64,000 bases of DNA from the human T2T-CHM13v2.0 reference genome, Homo sapiens, in the NCBI RefSeq assembly GCF_009914755.1, contig NC_060934.1, one strand, 5' to 3'. The notes under the pieces are model-generated. The model did no database searches. It had not been told where the DNA came from and worked only from the letters and a program-made list of their open reading frames with translations. The translations under genes and the position numbers were made by a program. The first letter of the stretch is position 1. Each line of letters begins with the position of its first letter. Of this stretch, positions 18,215 through 31,679 are shown piece by piece.

Positions 18215-18820
18215 TAAAAGAGAAAGAAATGGGATTGTACTCCCATGTTTAGAGCAGTAATATTCAGAGTAGCCAAAGATGGAATCAACTTGTTTGTGAA
18301 TGGATGACTAAAGAAAATTTGGTACATATACACAATGAAATACCATTCAGCCACAAAAAGAATGAAATCCTGTCGTTTGCAGAAACATGTATGGAAACAG
18401 AGGTCATTATGTTAAATGAAATATGCAAGGCCAAACAGACAAGTAACTTATGGTCTCTCTTATATATAGGAGCAAAGAAACATGGATCTCATGGAGATAA
18501 AGAGTAGATTGTTGGTTACCAGAGGCTGAGAAGGATAGAGGAAAGGAAAAGATAAATAGAAATTGATTAATGAGTACAAAAATACTCAGTTAGACACAAG
18601 AAATGAGGTCTAGTATTTGATAGTTCAGTAGGGAGACTATAGTTAATAATTTATTGTATATTTCAAAATAACTAAGAATTTGAATATTCCTAACATAAAG
18701 AAGAGTGTTTGAGGTAATGGATATTCTGATTACCCTGATTGGATCATTACACATTGCATGCATATATAAAACATAACATGATCCCCAACATATGTACAAC
18801 TATAATGCGCTAATTTAAAA
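18215..18820 (+). mobile_element. L1MA-type 3' end
   Basis: ORF2 C-terminus/3' UTR text 'aatgaaatcctgtcgtttgcagaaacatg...ggtctagtatttgatag...ttaccctgatttggatcattacacattg'. Confidence 0.88.
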
Positions 18821-18971
18821 CATGGAAAAAATCCTCCCATGTCCTGTTTTCTGCCTATTATCATAGCAATAGAAGCTCTGTGATGAGGAAGGGCAGTGAC
18901 ACAGGCTAGAAAGAGCCTGAATCCCTTAGTAACTTAATGGAGACGTGATTCCCAGAAGAAGTACCCAATAA

Positions 18972-19274
<303 letters not shown>

Positions 19275-19396
19275 TAACTTCTACATAGGATTTTGAATGA
19301 GTGAACATTTAACTCCTAGTGTGTAAAGGTACTGATTTTTTTTTTTTGTATTTTATGAGAGTTGGCATTAATTACTCTTAATATCTAGATATCACA

Positions 19397-19443
19397 AGAC
19401 TTATATAGGTTTACACTAGACTTATATAGGTTTACACTAGACT
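19397..19443. repeat. Perfect 21-bp tandem duplication (agacttatataggtttacact)x2 plus 5 bp
   Basis: Read directly: 19397-19417 equals 19418-19438, followed by agact. Confidence 0.95.
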
Positions 19444-19622
19444 TTTTGATGTTCAAAGAAAGAATTTCTATTGCAAATTAGAATAGTTTTAAGAAACTTC
19501 AGGGAAGTCAAGAAACAAAATAGCATAAAGTATGAGTTATACTGCTGTATCGCAAGAAGAAATGACATCTCAGGGGGTTTAGATTATGACAAAAAAAATG
19601 GTAAAGAAATTTAATGACATTC

Positions 19623-20445
19623 TGTTTAGGAAAAAAACTATTCAAGCTGTATTTTTCCTCTGCTCTTACACCGACCCAAAAACAAGCAACACAGAAGACT
19701 TCTGTGACCCCAAAATATGTGGTGTTTTTTTTTTCCCATAGCAAGCAATCAATTCTGTAGTGGAAACCATCTGGGTATACCCCAATCCAATTCTGTTGTT
19801 GTCTAGCTGGGGTCAGTGTTAGACCCCACAGGTTGAGGACTCAGTCCCCATGAATACCTCCCCCAACATCAGATACTATTAACAAGTATGGACCTCTGGA
19901 ACTTCTGCCTGACTGACGTCAAATCGGGGTTTCCATGCTACCTGCTTTGGGTTTGATTAATTTGCTGGAGCAGCTCACAGAACTCAAGGAATCACTTACT
20001 TACATTTACCAGTTTATTATAAAGGATACAGATGAAGAGATGCATAGAGCAAGGTAAGGGAAAGGGGCATGAAACTTCCATGCCTTCCCCAGCTGCCCCA
20101 CCCTGTAGGGATCTCCATGTGTTCAGTTGTTCAAAATCTCTCTGAACCCCGTCCTCTTGGGTTTTTATTAAAGCTTCATTATGTAGGCATGATTGATTAA
20201 ACCATTGGCTATCAGAGATCCACTTGACCTTCAGCCCCTCTCCACTTTCTGGCAGTTGGGACATGCAGCTGAAAGTCCAACTCTGTAATCTTGCATTTGT
20301 TTTTCTGGTGACCAGTCTGCGCTAAAACTATCAGTCAACATTAGCAGAAAAAAAGACAACATTTTGGATTCCAAGGATTTTAGGAGTTGTATGCCAGGAA
20401 ATGAAACCAGGAAGGAAGACCAAATGTATACTCTACAATACCACA
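19623..20445 (-). mobile_element. MER21-family solo LTR
   Basis: TG...CA ends. Contains 'cacagaagacttctgtgacc', 'ggagcagctcacagaactcaagg' and 'ttataaaggatacagatgaagagatgcatag'. Near-TSD cattc/catac. Confidence 0.85.
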
Positions 20446-20649
20446 CATACCATTAAAGATGTTATTAAAGAAAGTAGATATTTTTAGACTACATATTGAA
20501 AGATTAGTGAAAAATTAGGGAGAAGATGTAGCAGGTCTCTATAAATCAATCTGTCAAAATACTTCAATTTATCTTTTTTGACCCCTTCTACTAGGTGGAG
20601 CTAATAGTGGGAGTCAAAAGGAGCTAAGACTAAGGAGTCATAAGGAGTC

Positions 20650-20820
20650 ATAGGAGATTGCTTTTGGTTTGATATAAGCCATTTGTTCAGTAACCAAAAT
20701 TGTCCAGATGAAAGATGAGCATCCTACTCCAGGGGGAGTGAGTTTTCCATATCGAAATCATTCAAGCACAAGCTAAGCATTAAATTATAATGGACATTTT
20801 AGAGGGATTTAAGATCAACT
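20650..20820 (+). mobile_element. CR1/L3-like ancient LINE relic
   Basis: 'gagtgagttttccatatcgaaatcattcaagcacaagcta...tagagggattt' resembles the CR1/L3 3' region. Confidence 0.4.
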
Positions 20821-22349
20821 AAATGCTACTACTATTACTACCATTTCCAAAGCTGTCTAGTGGGGAATGTAACAATATCCAACAGGACTTCAGAGAGAAC
20901 ACGACAGAAAACTCTACCAGAACTTCAATCTTCAACTTTTATATGCCACAACTAGCCTTGGCCTTTTTCTACAGACCCTCTGAGAAGTTGTATCACCCAT
21001 TTGTGGTAATGACAGAAATCTTTCTTGATGCATGACTATAGGAGGGAAAAAATATTTCTCCTAGGAAGTTATAAATTACTGATCTGAGGAAAGCCCTGGG
21101 AGAAAGTAAAATTTTTCCTATGTATTATAAACTACTCTTTAGAAAAATCATTTCCCCCCTCAATGCTTTCAAACTTCACAATTGTTATGGTGAGTCCAGT
21201 ACTACGATACTCTTACATAACGCCTCCTCTGTGGGCCACTCAAAGCCATTTGTAAATGATACTGGAAACTCATTCTCTTTTTCTGAATGAAGTTCCTTAC
21301 TTCTAAGGCACTTTGAATCCACCCACCGAATAACCAGTGCTCAGAATTAAGTACAATCGCCTATCCTATTCATTGCCACCTGGTTATTTTCCATTTTTCA
21401 TCACTTACAAATTCTGACAAATTATGCATTGCACAATTGTCTCTACATTTCAAGTTTCAAGACTGATCTTTCTCTGTTAGAGAAAGAAAGTATCATAGTC
21501 TGAGAGAGCACAGATCTCCCTGTTCCTTTCTTACAAACAAGGTCTTATTTCTATTCTTGAGTCCTTTTCCTACTTGAATTTTGGATTCTTCCTGCTCACA
21601 AAGGATAGATCCTTTTTCAAAAACTGTGATGTTGCTCTGTTTCAATGTTTAAACTTTTAGCTAATTTTATTTCTTTTCATTTCTCTTGTTACTTATAAGA
21701 AAAGAAACTTCTGACTCTTACTTGAAGTGGCTTATTCTGAAAGAGCAATTCATTTTGTATTTTTGGAGCCCAACTCTATGAATGTTATATTTAGATAGCA
21801 TAGGCTCATCTAAGCATATCAGCCTACAATGTCTTAACGACTCCTGCTGCTTCTTTCAGTTCTGGCTAATCACATTTAGAATGAACTAAGGAACACAGGA
21901 GAAAAGTTTAAATCTTTGTACTTGGACTACAAAATATATATTTCTGAGAAAAGGCACTGCTTGATACTTTTATAAATCTTCTTAAATACACTGAATTGGA
22001 AAAAAAGCTATAAGATCAGTAAAAAGAACACTGAATTTATTGATTATTCATGAGCTATGTATACATTTATGTTGCTTACTCTCCCTACTCTTGCACTGTT
22101 AGTTTGAACTCTTTTGTCTTTGTTGAAATCAAGGAGGCTACTGAAAGATAATGAATTTAAATTTCAAGGTATTTTTCATTATCTAAAAAAGAAAAAAAAG
22201 TCTTTCTTCACCTACTAATTATCATATTTCACAGTATATTACAGAAGTTCCATATAATATATTTATGTATTTTTTCTACTGTGGGCATCAGCCATTTTAT
22301 GATTCTGGCCTTAAAACAGAGTATAGTAATGTCATTATTAGAATGGATA

Positions 22350-22470
22350 AGAATATCTGTCACTGACTGTAACATTGGAAAACTACTTAGCATTTACAAA
22401 TCTTAATCTCCATATTTGTAAATTTAAAATAGTGATACAATTCCCATGAAGATTAAATAAGATTATACAA
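22350..22470 (+). mobile_element. MIR fragment
   Basis: 'cactgactgtaacattggaaaactacttagc...tttgtaaatttaaaatagtgata...gaagattaaataag'. Confidence 0.55.
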
Positions 22471-22504
22471 GTGTTAGTTTTGTTGCTACTTGAAACTCAG
22501 AATT

Positions 22505-22760
22505 TGTGTTTTCTATAGGCAAGTAATGGGAGTCATCAAAGGATGGTACTCAAAGGGGTGACATGGTGAGAGAGTTCCCTATAGAAATTGATCTGGCAGC
22601 AAGGACAAAGTTAAAATAAGAAGTCAGAAGTTGAGAAGTGTGGTGATCATGTATCTAGAGAGAGTTAAGTGGGAATAAAACTGCAGATATAAATCTGAAA
22701 GAAAATGATGAGGTAAGATATATCAAAATCTGCAATTGATGGGATATAGGGATCTCAAAA
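22505..22760 (-). mobile_element. L2 fragment
   Basis: 'taatgggagtcatcaaagga...ggggtgacatggtgag...gatctggcagc'. Confidence 0.5.
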
Positions 22761-22795
22761 ATTTAAATTTGAAGTGTTAACAAGTGCTACAACTT

Positions 22796-22940
22796 TTTTC
22801 TTTGTTTAAATATATATATTTATATTTGTAGAGACAGTCTTGGTTTGTTGTCCAGGCTGGTCTCGAATTCCTGGCCTCAAGTGATCTTCCTGCCTTTGCT
22901 TCCTAAAGTATTGGGATTACATGAGCCACTACACCCAGCC
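22796..22940 (-). mobile_element. Alu monomer (FLAM_C / free left AluJ arm)
   Basis: A single antisense arm 'tttgtagagacagtcttgg...ggcctcaagtgatcttcctgcc...cccagcc' with a T/TA-rich tail. Degenerate TSD agtgctacaactt / agtgctatgattt. Confidence 0.85.
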
Positions 22941-23042
22941 AGTGCTATGATTTGAATATGGTTTGTCTTTACCATAACTCATGTGGCAACTTTAATTTTT
23001 AGTGCAGCAATTCTAGAAGGTACAACCTTTAAGAAGTGAGGC

Positions 23043-23626
23043 TAGATTATTCAGCGTTCTCCAGAGGGACAAAACCAATAGGATATATGTATATGTGAAA
23101 GGGAGTTTATTAGGGAGAACTGGCTCACACAATTATAAGATGAAGTCCCACGATAGTACGTCTGCAAGTCAGGGAAGAGAGAAGCTGGTACTCGCTCAGT
23201 TTGACCCTGAAAGGCTCAAAACCAGGGAAGCTGACAGTGCAGCCTTCAGTGTGTGGCCAAAGGCCTGAGAACCCTCAGCAAGGCACTGGTACAAGTCCAA
23301 GACTCCAAAGGCTGAAGAATTTGGAGTCTGATGTCCAAAGGCAGGAAGAGAGGGTGGAAGCATTCAGCATGGAAAAAGGAAAGAAGCCAGAAGACTCAGC
23401 AGGCAAGGTTATCCCACCTTCTTCCACCTGCTTTGTTCTAGCTGTGCTGGCAGCCAATTGGATGGTGCCCATCCACACTGAGGGTGGGTCTTCCTCTCCT
23501 AGTCTACCAATTGAAATGTCAGTCTCCTCTGGTAACACCCTCACAGACACACCCAGAACAATGCTTCATCTATCATCTAGGCATCTCTCAATCCAATCAA
23601 GTTGACACTTAATATTAACCATCACA
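23043..23626 (-). mobile_element. ERVL solo LTR MLT2A-like, inserted in the MST 5' LTR
   Basis: 'gttctccagagggacaaaaccaatagga...caatccaatcaagttgacacttaatattaaccatcaca'. Perfect 5-bp TSD gaggc at 23038-23042 and 23627-23631. Confidence 0.92.
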
Positions 23627-24188
23627 GAGGCCTAATGGGAAATATTTGGGCCATAAGGGCTCTGATCTCATGGGTGGCTTGGGACCTTTTTTGTAATAGT
23701 GAGTGAGTTCCTGCTCTGGTGACACTCTATCAGTTCTCATAGGAATGGATTAATTTCCAGGAGAATGGTTCATTAAAAAGCCAAGGATGCCTCTTTGGTT
23801 TAGCCTCTTCATACATGTCTGCTTTTCCTTTGACCTTCTGACATGTTGTGATGTAGCACAAAAGTCTTTAGTGGAAGCCAAGAAAATGCTGGTGGCATTC
23901 TTCTTGAACTTTCCAGCCTGAGAAACTGTGGAGTAAATAAAGCTATTTTTTAAAAAATTACCCAGCCTCAGGCATTCTTTTATAGCAATACAAAACAGAC
24001 TAAGACAGAAAAATGGTACCAAGAAGTTGGGTGTTTCTTTGTAGATACCTGAAAATGTGGAAGTGGCTTTGGAACTGAGCAATGGGCAGAAGTTAGAAGA
24101 GTTTGGAAGACCAGGGGAGAAAAAACTTGTACTGCAATGAAGGAAGCATTAAATGTGATTGTGATGAAGGCTCAGAATAAGACAAAAA

Positions 24189-24642
24189 TGTTACTGAAAT
24201 GCCAGAGGTTCAGTCTAGGTTTTGTTGCTAGATGCACAGAAAGCTGATCACTGAGACAATCAGTATGGCCAGGGAAGAAAGGGGATGAGTAATGTCGGCT
24301 GGGGAGACAGGACATAAATTTCAAATCTATCTCCCCAACCATCTAAAATTGTGGGTTAATGTAGTGGGGGAGAAATACAACTATGTGTGGGAAAACAGGA
24401 ATTAGAGAGGAGTAAGGAAGCAATCATAACAAATGAGGGATCTGGTGTTTCATTTTCTGGATGTGGTAATCTGGTAAGCTTCAGTTTCTTGATACTGTGA
24501 GGCCTGAGGTTCAGTTTCCTGAGAAAGGAAATCAGGTAAGTCCAATGCAAGTTTCCAGTTTTAAAACTGGGAAGGTCAATTTCTGTACTTATTCAAACAC
24601 AACCATAAACATCAGTTCTATAGGGAAACTGGGTTGGTTTCA
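24189..24642 (-). mobile_element. ERV1 (MER4-group; LTR26/LTR51-like) solo LTR inserted in MST-int
   Basis: Ends are tgttactgaaa...ggtttca with a 4-bp TSD aaaa. MST-int resumes immediately afterwards. Confidence 0.75.
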
Positions 24643-25236
24643 AAAAGATGAGAAAAAGATTGGAACTTCTAAGAGATTTGTTGAGTGTTCACGACCAAAA
24701 TTCTGACTGAAATATCAACAGTAAAGGTCATTCTGAAGAGGTCTCAGAGGAGAATGGGAAGCAAGATATTGGGACCTGGAATGAAGGCCACCCTTTTTAT
24801 AAAGTAGTTCAAAGCTTGGTGGAACTGTATCTATGCTCCAGGGCTTTATGGAAGTCAAAACATATGCGTGAACTAGTATATCTGGCAGAAGAAATTTCTA
24901 AGCAGCAAAGTGCTCAAGAAGCAATGTGGTTACTTTTAATAGGTCATGCCCAGTTATAGGAGCAAAGGAATTGCTAAAGGCAGAATTTGTAATTAAAAGA
25001 AAAGTGAAGCATAAAATTTGGAGAATTCGTAGCATGGCCATGTGATAGAGAATGAGAAATGATTTTTCAGGAGAGGAATTCAAGAGTATAGCTGAGAGAC
25101 TCTTTGCTAAAATGATTAGCATAGCTAAGACAGAGGCAAGTGCTAACGGTCAGAACAATGGGGAAAAGGCTCCTAAGGTGTTTCAAAGATTTTCAAGGCC
25201 ACCCTTCCTACCACAAACCCTGAGGCCTAGGACTAG

Positions 25237-25552
<316 letters not shown>

Positions 25553-26512
25553 GGACTACAGAATGGTTTTAAGAAAGAGGACTAGGACACAGCTGCTCCC
25601 TTATCTGGCAGTTGCTTCTAGAGCAGCCATGGTTCAAATGACCCCATTTGCAACTCACGTTGATAATCCAGAGATTGCCAGTGGTAAGCATTGGTGGCTG
25701 CCACATGGTATTAAGTCCGAAGGCCTGAGAATGCAAAAGCTAGGTAGGCCTGACTTTCTCCACCAAGATTTTAAAGGATGTATGGAAAAGCCTGCAACCC
25801 TGGCAGAGACTTGTTCAGGAGTAGTGCCAACGGAGAAAGTCATCTCAAGGGCAATACCTAGTAAAGCTGCAGTGGCAAGGTCACTACTGAGACCCAAGAA
25901 CAGCCTGAAAAAGCCACAGGCAACCAACTCCAACTTGTGAGAATAGTCACATGGGTTGCATCCAACAAAGCCATGGGGCAGGGATTCCTTGGGAGACCAC
26001 CCCTAGCAACAGCGTGCCCAGATGCAGGACATGAAGTCAAAGGAGATTATTTTGGAGCTTTAAGATTTAATGTCAGCCCTGCTGCATTTTTGACTTCTGT
26101 GGAGTATGGCTTTCCTTTCTTTTGCCTTATTTCTCCCTTTTGGGAAGAAAGTGTTTACCAAATTCTGTTCCACAATTATATCTTAGAAATATATCATTTG
26201 TTTTGACTTTAACTGAAAGGAACTTGCTTTGAGTATAAGATGAGATTTTGACTTTTTGACTTTTGTGTTTTGAGTTGGTTTTTTTTTTTGAGTTGTTTTT
26301 GTCTTTTGAGTTGGTTTTGTCTTTTGAGTTAAGACTTTGGAACTATTGGTATGGAATTATTATATTTTGTATGTGAAAAGCACATGTGTTTTGAGGGCAC
26401 GGGGAATAATGCTAAGGTTTAAATGTGATTTTTTCCCCATCAAAACTCATTTTGAAAGCTTAATTCCCAGGGCAGCAATGTTGAGAGGTGGAAACTTTAA
26501 GAAGTGTGACTG

Positions 26513-26808
26513 GACCGGGTGCGGTGGCTCACGCCTGTAATCCCAGCACATTGGGAAGCCGAGGTGGGTGGATCACAAGGTCAGGAGATCAAGACCATCC
26601 TGGCTAACATGATGAAACCCCATCTCTGCTTAAAAAAAAAAAAAAATTAGCCAGACATGGTGGTGGGCACCTGTAGCCCCAGCTACTCAGGAGGCTGAGG
26701 CAGGAGAATGGCATGAACCTGGGAGACGGAGCTTGCAGTGAGCCGAGAATGTGCCACTGCACTCCAGCCTGGGCAACAGAGCGAGACTCCATCTCAAAAA
26801 AAAAAAAA
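26513..26808 (+). mobile_element. AluY inserted in the MST 3' LTR
   Basis: 'gaccatcctggctaaca', 'gaatggcatgaacc', 'gagcttgcagtgagccgag' and an A tail. TSD gaagtg(t/c)gac. Confidence 0.96.
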
Positions 26809-27414
26809 GGAAGTGCGACCTAATGAGAGGTGTTTGGGTCATGAGGGCTCTGACCTCTTGGGTGGCTTGATGCTATTCCTACAGTAGTGAGTTTCTGCTC
26901 TGGTGAAACTGCATTGACTCTCACAGGAATGGACTAGTTCCTGAGAGAGTGGGTTATCATAAAGCCACACACACCTTGGGTTTAGCCTCTTCACACATAT
27001 CTCCTTTTCCTTTGATCTTCTGCCATGTTGTGACACAGCATGAAAGCCCTCACCAGAATCTGAGAAGATGCCGGTGCCATGTTCTTGAATGTTCCAGACT
27101 GCAAAACTGTGAGCTAAATAAGCCTTTTTTCTTTATAAATTGTCAGTCTCAGATATTCTGTTATAGTAACACAAACCAGACAGAAAGTTGGTCATTTTCA
27201 ATCTCGAACTCCATGTTAATTTGGAAATTCAGTTATAGGAGAGAACCCCAAGTTGTCATAGACAAAAACGAAAGGCAAAGAATGAAAGACATGAATGAAA
27301 ATAAAAATCAGAGATGTGGAAGTACAAAATAATGTAATTGATCAAGATTTACAAGAGCCCAGTGCAGGAAAGGTAAGCAAAATTCAAACTAAAAAGGCTT
27401 TGTGTTTGGGAGGT

Positions 27415-27855
27415 CAATGCACTTTTCAAAAAATAATTATATAATTACATAGATTTAACATAAATCTAATTATAGTCTCAGCAGGAATTTTTGTAGAAAT
27501 TGACAAATTGTTTCTAAAATATCTATGGAAATACACAAGCAATTCCAGGAGCATTTTAAAAAGCAAACTGGAAAACAGAAGACTAGATTTCTAGGAATTA
27601 TACTACTGGACATCAAAATATTTATCAAGGTAATATATTGAGTTGTGAAAAAAAGCGTTTTTACATATGATGCTGAAATAACTGAATATTCATTAAAAAA
27701 ATAAAAACCTTGATTTATATCTTACACTGCACACAAAAATAAATTTGGGATGAATCATATACCAAAATATGTTAGTTAGCTTGATTTAATCATCCCACAA
27801 TGTATACACATATCGAAACATCACATTGTACCCCATAAATATATACAAAATGGTG
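27415..27855 (+). mobile_element. L1M ORF2 relic followed by an L1MA-type 3' terminus
   Basis: 'cagcaggaatttttgtagaaattgacaaattgtttctaaaat', then 'ttagcttgatttaatcatcccacaatgtatac...cacattgtaccccataaatatatac'. Confidence 0.7.
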
Positions 27856-27959
27856 TTAAGAAAATGAATAGGGATTTAGAGTACCTACTAGAAAAGTAAA
27901 TCTGCAATGATAATACATAGACTAAATGGTACAATAGCAGTATTCTCAGGCAATAGAGA

Positions 27960-28500
27960 GTAGGGATTTCCTGCAAAGGGCGCTACGTGAGTACAGGCAT
28001 ACAGGGGTGAATGCCTGAGTAAACCTTGTTAAGTTATGGCATTTTCATGTAGCTTGGCATAGCCGGGGCATAGTATGTCAACATGTATGTTTTAAGAGAT
28101 GAGGCTGGATAGGCATGCAGGATTTGACATACAAATAAATAAGACCTTATGAAGGAGATGGGAATTTTTCAAAGGATTTTAATCAAGTGGAAAACATGAT
28201 TCCATTAGTATTTTAGAAAGACCACTATGTAGCTACATGGTGACTGGAAAATGGTATGAGAATGATGGCAAAGTAGTCATCTAGAGAGAGTGTCAGTAAT
28301 CCACATGGGCTTTGGTAAGGAGCCACACTAAGGTATATAAAGTATGGGCAAAAGAACTGAGGAGATGGAATGTAAAGCTCTTGGGGGATCAAATTAATAG
28401 ATTAATAGGAATTCTAGGATCTGTTGAGCCAGGGATTTAGGAGAAGAGCCTACAGTCACTCTTGTAGCAAAGAAGAGTGTTGTTAATTAAGAATAAGATG
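27960..28500 (-). mobile_element. L2 fragment
   Basis: 'aggattttaatcaagtggaaaacatgattccattagtattttagaaagaccact'. Confidence 0.6.
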
Positions 28501-28854
28501 GAGAGATAAAGGCAAAGTTTAGGATGTAGCCAGGGAAACTGATTCCGAGGGAAATCTAATCACATAACTGAAATGGCAACCCGCAGTGTTCAGGTTGGAA
28601 CAAATGAATTTAATGAAGGCTGGGGAAGCTAGTGGGATTGAAGGTCAAGGTGCCTCAAAGAGCAGACCCAATGAAAATTAGAAAGTGGAGGTGGTAAAAT
28701 ATGAGGAGATCTCCTCTTCTCAAAAACATGTGACATATCTCCTGTATCCACAACAATGGCACCAAACACAACCTATTAATGACTATAAAACCTAAACTTC
28801 TCAGGTCAGGTAAGTCCTGAGTTACATTTCAACCTCCAGAATATTATCTTCAGG

Positions 28855-29442
28855 GGTAGGGAAGTTCAAACTTTCCATCTTAAGGTAGGAGTCTAAGTCT
28901 GCTGAAATGAAATGGCAATAGATAAATTAACAGGAGAAAAGGCATACAAATTTATTAGCATGCATATGCACATGGGAGTCCAGTTAATATGAGACTTAAA
29001 TTAGGGTCAGATGATTTAAGTCTTCATATAATACAGAAAGAAATAGAAGCTTAGAGCATGGTGACAGGTTATGACAGGGAGGCAGGAGAAAAGGCTTGGC
29101 ACACAAAGGCTGTCTTTTTATGCAGATGAAATCTCTGAGATAGCAGCTCTCTGGAGGAATGGATAGAAGCCTGTGCTAATAGTTCCTCTGCCAGAACTTC
29201 AAAAGCGTCAGACTTTTTATCTCCTTTTCCCGCGAATCAATCTTCTCTAGAAAGAAAGATCTAGAAAGCCTCTGCATCTGCTGTTTACCTCACTAATGTA
29301 GATTCTGTTTACAGATGCAAATTTCTTCCACATAGTGACAGTTTTTCAGAGCTGTTCCTGTGTCTGCAGCCCCTTCCAAGAGCCATATCAAAATATGCCA
29401 CAGAAGTACATTTTGGAGTGGCATGTTTTGGCTTCTTCTACA
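28855..29442 (-). mobile_element. ERV1 solo LTR, MER34-family
   Basis: 'attaacaggagaaaaggcatacaaatttatt...gatgcaaatttc...gccatatcaaaatatgccacagaagtacattttggagtggcatgttttg...ctaca'. Confidence 0.75.
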
Positions 29443-30167
29443 AGTTATCCCTGGACTTCTAGACTTCTATATTCAGTGGACATCTCACATTTTACCCATT
29501 TCAAATCCAATTTATAGTACTAGGTCAGGGTTAGCATTCAAAACATTTCATAGCCAGAGCATCGTACGTTTTAACTAATCAGAACAGATGCCAGTTGACT
29601 CTGAATGGCAACCAGACATGAAGAATTGGAGCAAGCCAAACCACAACTTTCTGGCTAAATATCTGACATGTCACAAAACAATTTAACTTCCAAACCCTTT
29701 TGTTCTCAACTTCAGTTGATGATACCATCACCTAAGTCACAAAGTCAGATGCCTTAGAGTTATTCTCTATGCCTTTGTTGCATATAAGTGACTTCATGTC
29801 TATCTTTTCCTAACTTATCTTGTGGCAGACAATTTATCATTACTGTATCTTCAGTTTCTAGCACAGAATTATGTACTACATTTAGGAAATATTAAAAGCT
29901 TCTCTTTTTTAAAAAAGGAAGGAAGAGGATAAGTAAAAAGGAAGAAAGATAAGCTGTGTCTCTCCCTTTCAGCATACTCCACTACCCCACTACGTAATGA
30001 AGTAGCTAAAATACCTTCTTTGCTATTATTTTACTCCAAGTCTCAAATTTCAAGTTACTCATTTAAATTAATTCACATGGGACATGCACAGAGCAATTAT
30101 ATGTAGGCCACATGCCTAATTCAGATACCATAATCTAGAGTGCCCTTTTAGTCAAAAGGCAGAGTAT

Positions 30168-30546
30168 TTTTAAAAGGAAAATCCTAGCTGAACTGAATTT
30201 AACAGACTTTAATTGAGCAAAGAATAATTTGTGAATCAGGCAGCTTCCAGAGCCATAGTAGCCTCAGAGACTCCAGCGGAGCAACATGGTGGAAAAGGAT
30301 TTATGGACAGAGAAAGAATAGTGACAGATAGAAGACAGAAGTGAGGTACAGAAACAGCCGAATTGGTTACAGCTTGACTCTGACTTATTTGAACACAGTT
30401 TCAACAATTGGCCACCTTTCATTGGCCAAAAGTCACTGACTGGTACAAGAGTAGGCTACAGTCCGTTTACAACTCCCTTAGGTTATAGCTCACAATGTAC
30501 AGAGAAATCTTCAGGCCAAACGTAAAATATTTTGTTTGATTTAGCA
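30168..30546 (-). mobile_element. ERV1 solo LTR, MER57-family
   Basis: 'tttaattgagcaaagaataatttgtgaatcagggcagc...agaagtgaggtacagaaacagccgaattggttacagc...aggccaaacgtaaaata'. Confidence 0.78.
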
Positions 30547-30559
30547 GTATAAAAGACAG

Positions 30560-31132
30560 TGTTATGGTTAATTTTATGTGTCAAATTCACTATGTTAAGG
30601 GATGTCAAATAGCTCATGAAAACATTATTTCTATGTGTGTCTATGATGGTATTTCCAGAAAATACTAGCATTTGAATTGGTAAACCTGAGTCAGGGCCAT
30701 CTGCCTTCCTAATGCAGGCTGGCATCATCCAGTCCAACCCATTCATGGCCCACATAGAACCAAAAGGTGGAGGAAGGGTGACTCTCTATCTCTCTCTCCC
30801 CTCTCGAGATGGGACATCCTTCTTATCCTGTCTTTGAACACACAATCTCTCCACCTCTGCTTTGGGTTCTCAGGCCTTTAGCCTTGGGCGAAAAGTTACA
30901 ACATCAGCTTTCCCGGTTCTTAGGCCTTTAAACTTGGACAAAATTATGCCACCAGATTTCCTAGTTTTCCAGCTCAGAGATGGCATATCATGGGACAACT
31001 TAGCTTCCATAATCACATGAGCCAATTCCCATAATAAATCTCCTTTTATAATCTATATTGTGTGTGTGTCTGGGTGGGGGCATATAGATTTGGATCCTGT
31101 TTTATTTTCTCTGAAGAACACCGACTAATAGA
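30560..31132 (+). mobile_element. ERVL solo LTR, MLT2B/C-like
   Basis: Starts 'tgttatggttaattttatgtgtcaa', contains 'gccaattcccataataaatctcc' and ends 'gaagaacaccgactaataga'. Confidence 0.85.
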
Positions 31133-31641
31133 GGGTATTTATTCCCCAGACACGTCCAAGGGTGTCATTCTTTAAAAAATATTAACAGAAGCTAAATTAA
31201 GGCATCTAGTGGCATCATTGTCTCTGGACTGTAGCAATTTTCAGTTCAGTTTGGAAGACAAAGTTTTACCTGTGTATGTACAAGGAGCCACTCCAAGATA
31301 GCACAGAAGAAAATGCTTAACTGAGTAGAACTGATTCTTCTGCCATGAGAACTCTCCTGTGTCCTGAATTATGTGTATAATTTGTATAATAAATCCTGAT
31401 AGTAGGTGTTTCAAGTTAAGAAAAGGACATCTTTATAACCCTATTAATATCATGGTCCAAATTAATTCACTAAATCAAATTCTGCAGATCACTGTTCATC
31501 AACAGTAATGACTGAGCTGTCCAAATAAGCCATAGGAAACAATGAAGAAAAAGTCTTCACCATGATAAATAATGTTGACACTACTTGTCCCTTAGGAACC
31601 ACAGTCTATAAAATCAGAATCAACCCTCAAATACACCAATC

Positions 31642-31679
31642 AAAAAATGTGGGGAATCAAGTGATTCCCCACATTTTTT
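31642..31679. repeat. Perfect 18-bp inverted repeat with a 2-nt spacer
   Basis: aaaaaatgtggggaatca-ag-tgattccccacatttttt. The arms are exact reverse complements. Confidence 0.95.
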
